A stretch of 64,000 nucleotides of DNA from Porphyridium purpureum (lineage: Eukaryota): contig VRMN01000002.1 of assembly GCA_008690995.1 (NCBI GenBank), positions 1,798,001 through 1,862,000 on the forward strand. Direction: 5' to 3'. The notes under the pieces were generated by a model. That model was not told the DNA's origin. It was given only the letters and a program-made list of their open reading frames with translations, and did not search any database. This document shows positions 49,128-60,856 of this stretch, in pieces. Every line of letters begins with the position of its first letter. Within the stretch, counting starts at the first letter, position 1. The translations under genes were made by a program, and so were the position numbers.

Positions 49128-51290
49128 TCACTGCGGGAAAGTCTGCGGCATTGATTGGGCCTGACGCTGAGTCTGCGTATCCGAATGGACCTGAGCTTGT
49201 AGATGTGCTTGTGACTGCACAACGGTGTGGGCTTGGACATGGTCAGCCGTGTGATTGTAAGGGAAAAGCGACGCGTCCATCTGCTGGCTCTGGCCTTGAA
49301 CCGGAATAGACACTGCAGCTCCCGACCCCGGAGGCACAGCTACACTGCGACCGTAGGCGTCCGTACTCAGTGGGTAATAATACATCGCCCCATCCTGCAT
49401 GACGGGCACCACCGAATAGCCATGATGCATCGACAAGAAGTTCCCGGGCAGCATCCCAGAGTGGAACTGTGTCGGCGCTGACTCGTACACGATTGCGTGG
49501 CCGGTAATATAGCTATTTCCTGGACCCGCAGAATAGTACGGATTGTACATCTCGTAGCGCAACGCGGTCATCTGATGACTGTCCGCACCAGCCATAGATG
49601 AGGGCCCGGCGCCGCCAGAATGTGGAAAAGAACCCGACGCGGTGTTCAGAGGAACGGATACAGAGACTCCCCTGGCGAGCTGCTGTCGCTGCTGAGCACT
49701 GCCGTGCTCCCCTGGAGCCCGGCGGCTACCACCACTATTGGGTGACCCACTTGTACTGCCATGGTTTCGCTGGCCTGCGCCAGACGCGCGTTCAAGCGAG
49801 GACGGACCCGCATGGTGCGGCAGACCATGCGAAGCGTACGGGTCGATCATCGGCACCGACCGCGACCGCATGCCCATGCCCACCGCTTCCGAAGACATCA
49901 GATTACTCAATCCACCTCCGCTACTCGACTTTTTGTGAGCCTGGCCGACGCGGCGCTCGCTTTCGCGCATCTTCTTGCGCATTGTCTTTTGCTCCAGGTT
50001 GTCAGCCAGGCGCACATTCAGGGGCAGCTGCTTCAAGTCGGCAAAAATTTCTGAGCCGATCATTTCATCAATGGCCTGCAGAGCCTCGCCCACATTCGAG
50101 TATCTCACAAAGCCGCACCCGCGCGACATGCCACGCGCCCGGAGCACCTTCACATCGAGCAACTTGCCAAACTGCCAGAACAAGTCCACCATGCCCAGCT
50201 CATCTACGTGTTTCGGGATCTGTCCGACAAACACCTTTCCGGAGAGTGACGCGGCTGTCTCGGATGCGCTAGACACTAAATCCGACTCGAACTCTTCGTT
50301 CTCGAAGTCGCGAACGAGGGCGAAGAAATGTTCTGGCAGAGCGCGCACGCGATGCACCGTGATGCGCGTGTGCTGGACATCAACCTGCTTGCCATCAAGG
50401 GCCTCCTCCGTGGTCGCGTCCGCATTCTCAGGAACTGCATCCGCGGAAGAAGAAGCAGCACACTCTTTGGCTCGCGAGTATGAGAACTCGTCGCAAACCT
50501 TGTCCACAATTTCGGCGGTCGGAAATGAGCAATAGGCAAACTTGACCACTCTCCTGGCATGCAGAAATGCGCCATTCTGTGACCCTGCCTGTGGCTGGAG
50601 CGTCCTCGGCCGTAGTGCCGATACGGGAACGTCCGACTCGCTTCCAGCTCCCCTACCAGCTGGCTCATCTTCGACGCTACTTGTCTGCCTCGACGACGCC
50701 GGCGTACAGGTTGAAGACGTACGCTCCCAATCGTCCGCCACACTTGGTCCGGCCCTGTCCTGCTCCGCAGATGGGCGACCGCGATCGGCGTGCGAATGCT
50801 GGCAGTGGTGGTGCGGACGATGAGGCGCCGGAGGCGTCGGATGCGGCGGCGCTGGCATTTCGACTGACAAAATCGAGATGTCTGCGGCGTGTCCAAAGGG
50901 ACTCAGCATCGCGTACAACTGTTCCTCGGGATTTGGCCCATCCGGTACATTGCGAATAAACACGCGATGGGCTGACAGATACGACTTTGCAGCACGACGA
51001 TGCACATCCTGATCATGCTGATGCTGCACTTGACTGTGCGCGCTTGCCGACAGAAGCCGCTCCTGGGTTCCGGCAAAACCCGATTCGCCCGAATTTGTCG
51101 TACATGCACTGAGCTGCGGCGACTCTGTCCCGCGCGTCTGCTTGGGCTCCGAGTCGGTTTCGGGCTCCGGAGGATGCGGGTCTTCCTGGGCCTCTGCAAC
51201 GGCGCCATTCTGCTTCTCTTCCGCCGAAACGACGACTTCGGGCATGTCAGCAGCAGCCTGGCTCACGCCATGCTCCTCAGAATGCTGCAT
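49128..51290 (-). CDS. RRM RNA-binding protein (CELF/Bruno/FCA-like)
   Basis: KVFVGQIPK (RNP2), SRGCGFVRY (RNP1), PLNVRLAD; a first RRM (RVFIRNVP...FAYCSF) split by a long insert. Confidence 0.85.
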   Translation of the reverse strand: MQHSEEHGVSQAAADMPEVVVSAEEKQNGAVAEAQEDPHPPEPETDSEPKQTRGTESPQLSACTTNSGESGFAGTQERLLSASAHSQVQHQHDQDVHRRAAKSYLSAHRVFIRNVPDGPNPEEQLYAMLSPFGHAADISILSVEMPAPPHPTPPAPHRPHHHCQHSHADRGRPSAEQDRAGPSVADDWERTSSTCTPASSRQTSSVEDEPAGRGAGSESDVPVSALRPRTLQPQAGSQNGAFLHARRVVKFAYCSFPTAEIVDKVCDEFSYSRAKECAASSSADAVPENADATTEEALDGKQVDVQHTRITVHRVRALPEHFFALVRDFENEEFESDLVSSASETAASLSGKVFVGQIPKHVDELGMVDLFWQFGKLLDVKVLRARGMSRGCGFVRYSNVGEALQAIDEMIGSEIFADLKQLPLNVRLADNLEQKTMRKKMRESERRVGQAHKKSSSGGGLSNLMSSEAVGMGMRSRSVPMIDPYASHGLPHHAGPSSLERASGAGQRNHGSTSGSPNSGGSRRAPGEHGSAQQRQQLARGVSVSVPLNTASGSFPHSGGAGPSSMAGADSHQMTALRYEMYNPYYSAGPGNSYITGHAIVYESAPTQFHSGMLPGNFLSMHHGYSVVPVMQDGAMYYYPLSTDAYGRSVAVPPGSGAAVSIPVQGQSQQMDASLFPYNHTADHVQAHTVVQSQAHLQAQVHSDTQTQRQAQSMPQTFPQ

Positions 51291-51907
51291 GCTCCGACTC
51301 GCGCGAGCACAAAAAGTCGCGGCACGCCTCGTTCGTCCGAATCGAGCTCTTGAGCAAAGGCCCTAACCGGAAACAAGCAGCACTGCCGCGTCGCTTTCCG
51401 GAGCGGAGAAAGCCCTATGCAGCACACTGCGCGACAGAGCAGGCGAGAGCAATGCGCAGTGCACGAAAGCCACCCTACTCCCGTGACTCACAGCCACGCT
51501 ATGCAGGCTCGTTCTCCTGTTCGGATCTGCGCGTGCTCCTGGCCCCTTGCAAACGTTTCCCAAAACCCCCCTCAGTGCTCTCTCTTTCTCTCCCTCCCTA
51601 GAGCACCAGCGCTCTTTGCAGTCTGTTATCCTTTTTATCCCTGTGCAGATCTGCGGTCGCACGTCCCCGCGTCCTCGTCCCACGCGCGGTCGCCTTTTTA
51701 CGTAGCTCTGGCCGCCGTGATTTTTATACTGCGCCGGACTCGCCGAACTGCGTCGGTCCACAGCGACAGAGCGCCTCACACTCACACAAGAACACACACG
51801 GGAAAAAGCACAATAGGGACGGACACTCACACACACAAGCACAATTGGCACGCGTCCAAACAGGATGCCGCCGAATATCAATCCTCACCGTGTGCCGCGT
51901 GTTCTAT

Positions 51908-51929
51908 CACACACACACACACACACACA
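51908..51929. repeat. (CA)11 microsatellite
   Basis: Read directly from the sequence. Confidence 0.9.
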
Positions 51930-54167
51930 TACATACATGCACGGCGCCTCTCTTTCTGAAGGGTTGTGCGTGTCTGTGTATGTGGTATGCCCTGTATGTG
52001 TGTGCGCGTGTCTGTCTGTTCTCGACAAACGCGCGCTCGAGACGAGCCGTCGCGCAGCGCACCAACACCACGACCCGAACTCACGTACGAAGCACGAACG
52101 CTCGTGAACGCTGCACCAGAACTGCAGGAAGCAAAGCTCGACGCGTGTAGATGAGCAGCCTCTTGTAATCGAAAGAGTCTCGCGCTGCGCCGGCGACTTG
52201 AGCAACGCGCCCGATTCTTGTACTTGCTACACGCTAGCACGCGCCACGGCTTGCGGAACGTCGGCACAAAGGAGCCTCTGGCAAAGAAGAGCAAAAGCTG
52301 GTGGGACGTGTCCCTTCAAAGCGAGTTGAGAATGCACCACGACTTGAACAAGCACGCGCGCCAACTAGGGGCAGAGGTGCCGCTGCCCACAACACGACGC
52401 ACGCGTTCGAGCAAAGAATCAGCTCCCTGCTCCAAGGGTCGACGGACGGATTTCTGCCAGATCACACCGTGTCAAGTCCGACCCGAGCGATCGCAGTCGA
52501 GGCTCACAAACCACCTAGTTCGAGACGGTTTTCCCCCCGCACCCGCTTTTCCCTCCTTACTCCAGGCGCCACAACACGCGTCTTCGTTCATCCGCGCGGC
52601 ACGCGCAGGGTCAATTCTGTCGTTCAAGCAGCCGGTGGGTGTGTTAGACGTCCATGCACGATGGAAACAATCTTACACCACACAGGTGTCCGCTTTCCCC
52701 CCACACAGGAGCAGACGGTCTCCCCTCTTTTGCTCGGACACAATCAATCGTAGAGAAAGTCCTTGCTGTGGCCTTACCACCAACGGTTGCTGTGTGATTC
52801 TGGAGAGCGGGTCACCCATCGATCCTTTCCGCGATTTTCTCTGATCGAGCACCCTAGTCGAGGCCTGTCACCCGGACTTGCCAAAGTTGATGAGGTTGAC
52901 CTCTTGATTAAGCCTTCGCCGTATCTAAACAAAAAGTCCGTCCCACTCCGCGTCTTGCCCAGGTTCCGCTGACACGTCGTGACGCCAGCGCGCTCCTTGA
53001 AGCCATACACCATTTTGGTTCCAACATTCTGCTTTGTCTGAATGCACTGCTTTTCAATCTCCACACAGAACTATCCGATCTTGACAACTACCTTTTGAGT
53101 GGACCTACACGCCCAGCGCGGGTGCCATCCATGTGCTTCCGAACCCGAGCCCGTTCGCATCGTGAGAATTGTGAAGCACCATGTACGCGGAGTCGATCAC
53201 CTCGACAAGTCATTTCCCCTGACGCGCGGGATAACCTACAGAGGGAATAGTCCACAAGGTCACGGCGCACAAGCACACAGCGGTCGCAGGCGCACGCCAC
53301 AAACATTTCGGCGACCTTCCTAAAAGGGCCTCGCTCCCCGCGGGAGACCGTGATCTTCGGCAACACGCAATGCGATTCTCCACGCCATCGAATCCGTTGG
53401 TTGGCTGCGTGTCTGTCGGTCCCTCTTCTTCTCTGTTCCCCCTCCGACGATGCCGCGCGTGATTCGTCTTTTCCGTCCCCCAATAACGTTCTATTAATAA
53501 AAAGGGCTGATTTTGCCAGAACACTGCGAACGTGTGATTCAAGTGGCGTCGAGCATGGATTGTTGAATGTTGGAGAGGTGCCTCTTCGGATGTGGCTGGA
53601 TGTGCCAGGAGCGGCTGGATGGAAGCGGATTATACAGACACGATGTGTCTGCACATCATTGCTCAGTGTGCATGGACAGTGAGATCAGCAGGGCACGACA
53701 TGTCCAGACTGTGAGAGCATAGTCGTTCCGAGAAGTTCGTCAGTCCGGATACCGAGCATCCCGATCTGCCCGAGCCTGGTCAGAATATAACTCGTGCTTG
53801 AGCCAAAAATAAGCACGACATGTGTTGCGTCCTCTAGTCCGGCTCTCAAGATGGTAGTGTCTGTTTCGCATGTCTTTGACGTTGCCACAGGCAAACTGCA
53901 AGGACAGAAAAGATTGTGATATTTTCACGTATTTTCTGGTGTTTGAACTGTATGCTGAGCGGATCTCTTGTCCTGTCTGTGGTCGAAGCCTTTGCTCTAC
54001 GTATCGTTCCAGTCCGTCAGAGCCTCCTTATTCTGCCCAGGTCAGTTGTGACAAAAGTTTCAACAGTCATTGAAACCGAATTTCAGAAACGGTTCAGGGT
54101 TTCGCGATGTTCGGATTCGCAGATGCGGGTTCGGGTTTCGGCTGGACGATGAACATGTTCTTACGCG

Positions 54168-55753
54168 ATGGACGACGAATGTTTCAGGCTCATGGGTACG
54201 CTGATAGAGCCGCGGTACGTACAGCAGGCATGCGATGCGCGGCGATCGCATACGCAGAAGTTTCGGACGCTGCTCGCCAACCGACAGCTGCCAGAAACGG
54301 GATGGGATGCGCTCACGCTACGTCTGTTCCTGACAGACGTGGCTGCCATGGATAGCAACCTTTTTGTAGGGAATGTCGGCATGGGCGAGCGTGAAGGGCG
54401 CGTGTTTAGTGACTTGGTGAGGGAACGACATTACGGGTTTGCGCACGGAATCGGCAGGTCTGGCGATATCGGCGCCGTCCAGCCCAAAGCCGCCGGCAGC
54501 TCTCTGGTCTCTGTTCTGGCAAAAATCCTCGCTTTGGTAAGCATACATCTTCTTTGCTCTAAGAGTCTTATGGCGACGCCTCATTTGGCGCGCTCTGTAA
54601 CCGAGGCTTTAATACTCATCCAGTCGCTGACGTGGGTTTCTTCCATGCTCTCACTGCCCATTGACTGCTTTCTTGTTTTCTTCAGCATGCGCTCAGACTG
54701 GCTGGATTTCGTAGCGCCCGCTTTGGTGCGGTCATTCCGCTGGCCACAGGACTTTCTCTTACGTTGGTCTTGTCGGCGCTGCGCGGCGAACGTCCCGGGG
54801 CGACCAAGGTGATTTTCTGTCGTATCGACCAGAAGAGTTGTGTCAAGTCCATTTTGACCGCCGGGTTTGAGCCTCTTGTGATTGATGGTGTGCTCCAGGG
54901 CGACCAGGTTTGTACAAATATGGAAGAAGTATCAAACACAGTGTTGCGGGAAGGGGCCCACACCGTTCTGTGCGTGCTTAGTTGTTCGAGCTGCTTTGCG
55001 CCGCGCGCACCCGACGATGTGGTGGCCATCGCACGTTTTTGTCGCAAAAATAATGTGCCTCATGTGATTAACAATGCGTACGGGGTCCAGTCTCGACGCA
55101 TGATGCATGAGATTGACGTCGCGAGCACTACCGGTCGCGTTGACATAACAGTGCAAAGCACAGACAAGAACTTCATGGTTCCCGTGGGTGGGGCCATTTT
55201 GGCTTCTGCCCATCGCGAGTTGGTCCAACGCGTGCTCGAGACGTATCCAGGCCGAGCGTCTGGATCGCCAAGCCTGGACCTGCTCATGACGCTGCTACAA
55301 CTGGGACAGAACGGGTGGAGGTCATTGCTGGATGAGCGCGAACGCACTTTTGCGCAGCTGCACGCAAGACTCGTGCACTTTGCAGAACGCGTGGGCGAGC
55401 GCGTTCTCGAGTCTCCGCGAAACGACATATCCATTGCCCTCTCGCTCAGCACGTTCGAGACACGGCACGCCGACGTGTGCGAGCTGGGTTCCCAACTATT
55501 CCGCAGGCTCGTTTCTGGTGCTCGTGTGGTGCCACGCACGGAAAAGCAGGCAGCGATCTCGGGCGTGCGCTTTGATGGCGGGTTTGGTGCTCACCACCCG
55601 GCATATCCATCTTCTTTTCTCACAGTGGCTTCTGCCGTTGGCCACACTGACGCCGACATGGACTCCTTCTTCAACAAAATCGAGAAAGTCTTTGCGACGT
55701 CCGGGAGTAAGGATTCGGTGGCAGAGAATACAGGGCGACTTGACATCGAATGA
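54168..55753 (+). CDS. SEPSECS: O-phosphoseryl-tRNA(Sec) selenium transferase (2 exons)
   Basis: Exon 1 54168-54536 (MDSN, GEREGR, HGIGRSGD, QPKAAGSS); intron 54537-54685 (GTAAGC...TTCAG); exon 2 54686-55753 (PLATG, RIDQKSC, HVINNAYG, QSTDKNFMVPVGG with the PLP Lys, YPGRAS). Confidence 0.95.
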
Positions 55754-56123
55754 CTGCGTCTGGACAAACGTCGGACCTGGTTGGAGCAGCTCTTGCGCTT
55801 GTTTCCGCGAGCGCCAGACGTTGTCATCGCGTAGACGACATCATGACATTTTAGCTACAATCATGACATTGGATCTCGGCGATGACAAATCAATCGATTC
55901 CAGAATGACATAAAATTTGAATGTTTGAATTTTGATTTTCACGCGCGCCCGCGAAGTCTGTGCGTGACGCATGTGCTGCTGGACTGGAGAGCGGAAGAAC
56001 TGACGGGAGTCGGAGGAGGCATAGAAGCAAGCGAGTTGCGGATTCGTGACTGTCGAGTGGCGCACGCCGTACCGTTGGCATACTTGTTGGGCGCGGGTTG
56101 TGGGAACTGCAGAGACAAACAGG

Positions 56124-56963
56124 ATGGAGCTGTCGCAGTTGCGTGCTTACGTCGAATTGCCGAACGATGGCCAAAAGGTGGCAAGCGGGACTATGGTGTT
56201 GAACGTGGTCCATGCCAACTTGAAGCAAACGGCGTTTCCTGAAACGCGCTTTGACGCAAGCGACCCGGTGTCGCGTGTGCGGCAAAAGATCTACCAGATG
56301 ACCGGCACGCTGGAGAGCGATATGACACTGACATTCGTCTCGCCAGATGGCCAGACGATCCTGGGCCGAATCGGGCCGAGTGATCCAGGCGCCACGCCGC
56401 TCTGTATGCACGGCGCAGTGAATTATGGCACGCTTCGCGTCGAGGACGCAAATCCGTTTTCCGTGAGCGCAAAGGGGTGGCTTGAAAACACCGCGCTTGT
56501 TGAGAAATTTGAGCTCTCTGAGGAGGCGTACGAAAAACGAGATAACACGTACCGTAAGTACAAGCGCGAGCAGATGGCGAAAGATCCTACCTGGACTTTG
56601 CAGAAGGAAATGATGCGCCGCCAGAACCCCGAGCTCGCAGAAATGTTGGAAGCACGAGAGGAACAGATACTGGCTGTTGCAAAGGTAGGCCAGCGCTGTG
56701 AAGTGAGCCCGGGCGGCCGCCGCGGCGTGGTCAGGTACATCGGTCCTGTTCCTGGCCTTCCTGGCGGGGAAAATCGTGTGTGGATCGGTGTGGAGTATGA
56801 CGAACCGGTCGGCAAGAACGATGGTACACTGAATGGAAAGCGAATCTTTGAGTGTCGCGGCAGATCATTTGGGGCATTCATCAAGCCTGAGCATATCACT
56901 GTAGGTGATCACCTTGTCGAAAGGTCCCTTTCCGACTTGGAAGACGAGGACGAAGAGCTGTAG
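56124..56963 (+). CDS. TBCB: Tubulin-folding cofactor B (UBL and CAP-Gly)
   Basis: N-terminal UBL; VEKFELSEEAYEKR; CAP-Gly WIGVEYDEPVGKNDG. Confidence 0.95.
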   Translation: MELSQLRAYVELPNDGQKVASGTMVLNVVHANLKQTAFPETRFDASDPVSRVRQKIYQMTGTLESDMTLTFVSPDGQTILGRIGPSDPGATPLCMHGAVNYGTLRVEDANPFSVSAKGWLENTALVEKFELSEEAYEKRDNTYRKYKREQMAKDPTWTLQKEMMRRQNPELAEMLEAREEQILAVAKVGQRCEVSPGGRRGVVRYIGPVPGLPGGENRVWIGVEYDEPVGKNDGTLNGKRIFECRGRSFGAFIKPEHITVGDHLVERSLSDLEDEDEEL

Positions 56964-56969
56964 TCGATT

Positions 56970-57686
56970 TCAAGCCTGACGTGGGAATATAGGATAAAAT
57001 TCAGCCATGGACGTGTATGTACACACTCGCGGCAACCCGCACTCCAAGCAGCCTGGTTCACCGGTCTTACTGCGAAGCGCCGATTGAAAAATTTCGAGCA
57101 CACGCGCATGCGCGGCTCTATTGCCCTCCACGGCGTGTCGATCGAGGAAATATCCCAGCGTGATGTGCCACTCTTGTGGTTTGAACGACTTTTCTGCACC
57201 CAGGCACGTTCGCTCAAGGTGGCGCAAGGCCTCTTCATCTCGTTCGCTTAAAGTATTGAGTAGCACCAATGAAGCCGTAGGACTGGAACAAACGTGTTCG
57301 GCGGGGACAAATCGGATGGGATTATCATCCGCAAACAAGATAGCAGCAGTCCGCTCTACTGCTAGAAAATGACGAGCTTGTTGTTCTTCATTGTCTCCCA
57401 TCGTGTGCTCGAGACCTGTCAGAGTCACATGCCATGACCTGGGTGGCAGCAAGACCATTGCCTCGTCCACTTGCTTCTCATCCTTGAGCGCTGCAAACAC
57501 CTCATTCGCGAAGGTTTCCCGTACCACGGCCATAATACATGACACGCCGTCCAATGGCACAAAGCTCTTGGTTGCGGTGTCCAACTTTTTCATTGGTTGT
57601 CGCGAGTCGCGAGCCGCTTCACGTGAACGTGTGACTGCGGCGCAGAGTTGTGCCGCGGCATTCGAAATAAGTTCATCCGATGACAT
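56970..57686 (-). CDS. 2H phosphoesterase family protein (DUF1868-like)
   Basis: Two HxT motifs: LLPPRSWHVTL and WHITLGY. Confidence 0.8.
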   Translation of the reverse strand: MSSDELISNAAAQLCAAVTRSREAARDSRQPMKKLDTATKSFVPLDGVSCIMAVVRETFANEVFAALKDEKQVDEAMVLLPPRSWHVTLTGLEHTMGDNEEQQARHFLAVERTAAILFADDNPIRFVPAEHVCSSPTASLVLLNTLSERDEEALRHLERTCLGAEKSFKPQEWHITLGYFLDRHAVEGNRAAHARVLEIFQSALRSKTGEPGCLECGLPRVCTYTSMAEFYPIFPRQA

Positions 57687-59377
57687 GTGTCAAATGAAAT
57701 ACACACGAGGTGCCACGAGTACAATCACAGAAGAAAAGAGCAGCTGAGTGAAGAGCTAGGTTCTCCTGGTTCTCCTGGTTCTCCGAGTCTGCCCGAAACC
57801 TCCTGAACCAGAGCTCAAGTACTTCCTGAAGTAAGACAAAACTACCGACTCTTTGCTGGCAAAGTTTCTTTTCAGAATCGATTTTTTCTCCCATGATGGC
57901 GAGCTTGTCGGTAATAGATTCCGTTTCCCTCAGAGCAATATCTAAGCACGGGCTCGATGCAGACTTTATTTTCTTACATTCAGTACTTGAAAGCTGTGGA
58001 TGTCCGCACAGCCTCTTCTTTCAAATGCTGCATTGACAAGAAGGACTTGCTCCAGTGGTCCGACTGGGACTAAACCCCGTGCCTTCCGTGTGTTTGTCAA
58101 ACTAGACTGTCCGAGCCTGAATGCTTGTCGTGCACTCACGCGCCACAAGCTCCTAATTTGCGCCCAACTTCATGGTGTACAAACACTTTGGTGTGCCTCC
58201 GAACGACAGGTGCTGTTGCCGGCAGGAACGACGAGTTTTCTTGCTCTACATGATCAGCGACCCTCTGAATCAGGCAGCCTCGATCCAGTATTGCGTGTTG
58301 GACTTTCGCGATGCATTTTAGGTCCTCTGTCGGACATGCGGTTGTTCGCAAAGACCAGCTCTTTCACCTGAGCCAAGGCAAGTCTCTTGGAGCTGTGTGT
58401 TCGTAAGGTTGAGGCGAGCCGGCTTGCACCAAAGGTCAAGCCTCACATCCTCTTTGGAATCTACCGGATCAGAGCTTGGCAGTCCTAATGTTTTAGGACT
58501 GAATGCTGTGTCTGTATTGGGCGTACCTTGCAGTGCGAGCTTGAACCGCCCTTTTTCGGTAATGAACGGTTCGACTACCCGGACGAATGCTTTCTGTCTA
58601 GTCGCCAGGCGCGAAACAAAGACGGACGACAAATGTATCTTCGAGGTGCAAATCTTTCGGAGACCCCATATCGACGGCTTTTCGTCGTGCCGGAAGCTTC
58701 GCGAACAGCTGTTCATGGCTCAGATTCGCGAGCCGCCATCTTCCACTGCGAACCCTGCATGGCGAGCTGCTGCTTTCGAATCCTCTGACCACGTGCGTGA
58801 GTGTATTTTTATCGGCCAGCCGAACCGTGTTAGCGAGCAGAGTTTCGTAGACAGGGCGTCGACAACAGTTCTCCGACATATTGCGTTGCCGTGCCAACGA
58901 CTCTAAATATTCGCTTCGTAAGCAGCTTATATGGGAGACAAATGTGCCATGCAACTTCTGTACTGTCTGCGGAAAATGCAGGGATATGTGCACTTGGATG
59001 AGGTGAACTCTCCAAACGCGTCGGCGATCGGAAACCTGGTCTTCATGTCTGCATTTTTTGCCCCCAGTAGACCGGGTCTTCGGCTTCACACTTGCATGTT
59101 GAGAAAGATAGAGTTGGAGGCAAATGAGCGGAAGCCATTTCGACCAGAAAATGGAGCAGCGACGTCGCTTCCCTGATTTCTTTTCTTTTTTCCCTTCTCT
59201 ACTGATGAATAAGTAACCTCCAAGAACGCACAATCAACCAGACATACCCAAGGCGACCCAGTTCCGCCGAGCTGTTTGCAACTTCACACAGGGAGACATC
59301 AAGAGAGTTCGACGAAAACCGGACGAGATTCTCCAGCCTGGACAGCAGGCACACAAGTAAATGCCCCGAACATGTCT

Positions 59378-59881
59378 CTACTGCGCCTGGGCCTGCACCT
59401 TGCCACCGCGCGGAGGCAGCCCAAAGTCGACACTGAATGGGATCTTTGCGTCACGGAGCTTGGCCTGTACAGCGAGAGGAGATTCTGGCGTTATGGGACT
59501 TTCCTTAGGATATCCCTCACCGAGCAGGAGCTTCTTCCCTCCAGCATATACATATGCGCGATTGTACTGCGTGCCTTTGAATTCCACCCGCTCAATAGCT
59601 CCGGGCGTCTTGATCATGTTGAGGAATTCCTTCACCGTCAGCGTTCCGTCCGTACTTTCCTGTGCGCGCACGACCTGCGGGATAGCGGCAAGGAAACTTG
59701 CCACCGTCAGCGCCACGAATGCTCGGCGCGACGCGACACTCTGAACCGAATGATCACCACAACTCATGCTCAGATCGCAGCGACGGCCGAGCGGCGCGTG
59801 CGACCTCACGAGACTGCCGTAGCCGGCTTGATTTGCGGCGGCACTCCATGAGCCACTGAAACAAAGAGAGGAACCACCCAT
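59378..59881 (-). CDS. Small thylakoid-lumen protein resembling an isolated FtsH lumenal domain
   Basis: Twin-Arg SRRAFV, hydrophobic helix and VRA cleavage site; LTVKEFLNMI...IERVEF...LRDAKIPF. Confidence 0.6.
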   Translation of the reverse strand: MGGSSLCFSGSWSAAANQAGYGSLVRSHAPLGRRCDLSMSCGDHSVQSVASRRAFVALTVASFLAAIPQVVRAQESTDGTLTVKEFLNMIKTPGAIERVEFKGTQYNRAYVYAGGKKLLLGEGYPKESPITPESPLAVQAKLRDAKIPFSVDFGLPPRGGKVQAQAQ

Positions 59882-59960
59882 CGCCGTAAAAATGCTCAGA
59901 CACTCCAAACGTCTATTTCTCCGTCGATCTACTCTGACCTACGACCAACAAGTCCTGGCT

Positions 59961-60671
59961 TTATTGTGACTTCTTCGCAAGTTCTCCTGCAGCTGAAACT
60001 GGCGTTGAAGACACGCGACGCGAGTAGGCAATCAAACAGAGCAAGGCAAATGAGTTGAGCATCAGACAGCCGACGGACAGGAAGTCCAGGTTTAGCGGTC
60101 CTTCACCGATGCCACGCATGCGGAGTCCAATCAGCCGATCAAAGAAGTAAATGTAGTATAGCACCACGAGGTAAACGGCGCATGCGGTGGCCAGCGGGCT
60201 GTAGTAAGGCTTGCGTGTGCCGAGATGTGGCCCGAATACGCGCTCGAGAGGTAGCATAACAAAGCACAGCACACCGAGCCCGGCTGCAGCATAGTACGCC
60301 TGATAAGGCACGATACTCCACAGTGGGTGGTGCGAAGTTACCGTGGGGACTACTTTGGGATTGAACACGTTCAGATCGCTCCAAAGGATCGCCAGATGCA
60401 TGAGCTGCCCTGCCAGCGCGAGTACTGCGCCGAGAATCGAGGCCAGGCTGGATGGGGGCATCATGCAGAAAAAGACAAAGAGAAAGAACGACATTCCTCC
60501 TGTGATCCTTGAAGCCACGCGTGCCCATCCGTTGTACTGGTAATGGTCCATTGTCACATCCTTGCGAAAGATAAACACGGCCACAAGCGCAAAGTAGCAC
60601 ATCACCATGCACAACACCCACAAGATCAGCCCTAGCGCAAAGCGCTTTCCCGCGGAGTGAGATACTGCCAT
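59961..60671 (-). CDS. Hypothetical polytopic membrane protein (about 6 TM)
   Basis: Long hydrophobic ORF; ATG 60671. Confidence 0.7.
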   Translation of the reverse strand: MAVSHSAGKRFALGLILWVLCMVMCYFALVAVFIFRKDVTMDHYQYNGWARVASRITGGMSFFLFVFFCMMPPSSLASILGAVLALAGQLMHLAILWSDLNVFNPKVVPTVTSHHPLWSIVPYQAYYAAAGLGVLCFVMLPLERVFGPHLGTRKPYYSPLATACAVYLVVLYYIYFFDRLIGLRMRGIGEGPLNLDFLSVGCLMLNSFALLCLIAYSRRVSSTPVSAAGELAKKSQ

Positions 60672-60856
60672 CTTGATCAAGGCCAGCACGAAACAAAGAC
60701 GGTACAATCTCGCTCCCGAACCCTGCACACAATCCAACACGTCTTCAGTCCCTCTCCCCTCCCTGTCTTGTTCGTAGACCCGCGAAGCAGAATTGCAAAT
60801 CGTGTCCGACGGAGAAAGAAGCGAGGGGAAGCGGGGAAAACAGAGCTAGAGTCGTC

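Noticed and set aside
51300..54100. 2.8-kb stretch without a credible gene; a gcctttttac near 51692 resembles the U5 loop
   Set aside because: The ORFs are motif-free, and the U5-like match has an extra T with no supporting stem that I could see. Probably the long leader/promoter of the RRM gene.
31025..56963. TBCA and TBCB in one window as a tubulin-folding cluster
   Set aside because: About 25 kb apart with many unrelated genes between; chance is sufficient.
57700..59300. Fragmented ORFs suggesting a pseudogene or transposon relic
   Set aside because: No recognisable domain, terminal repeats or consistent frame.
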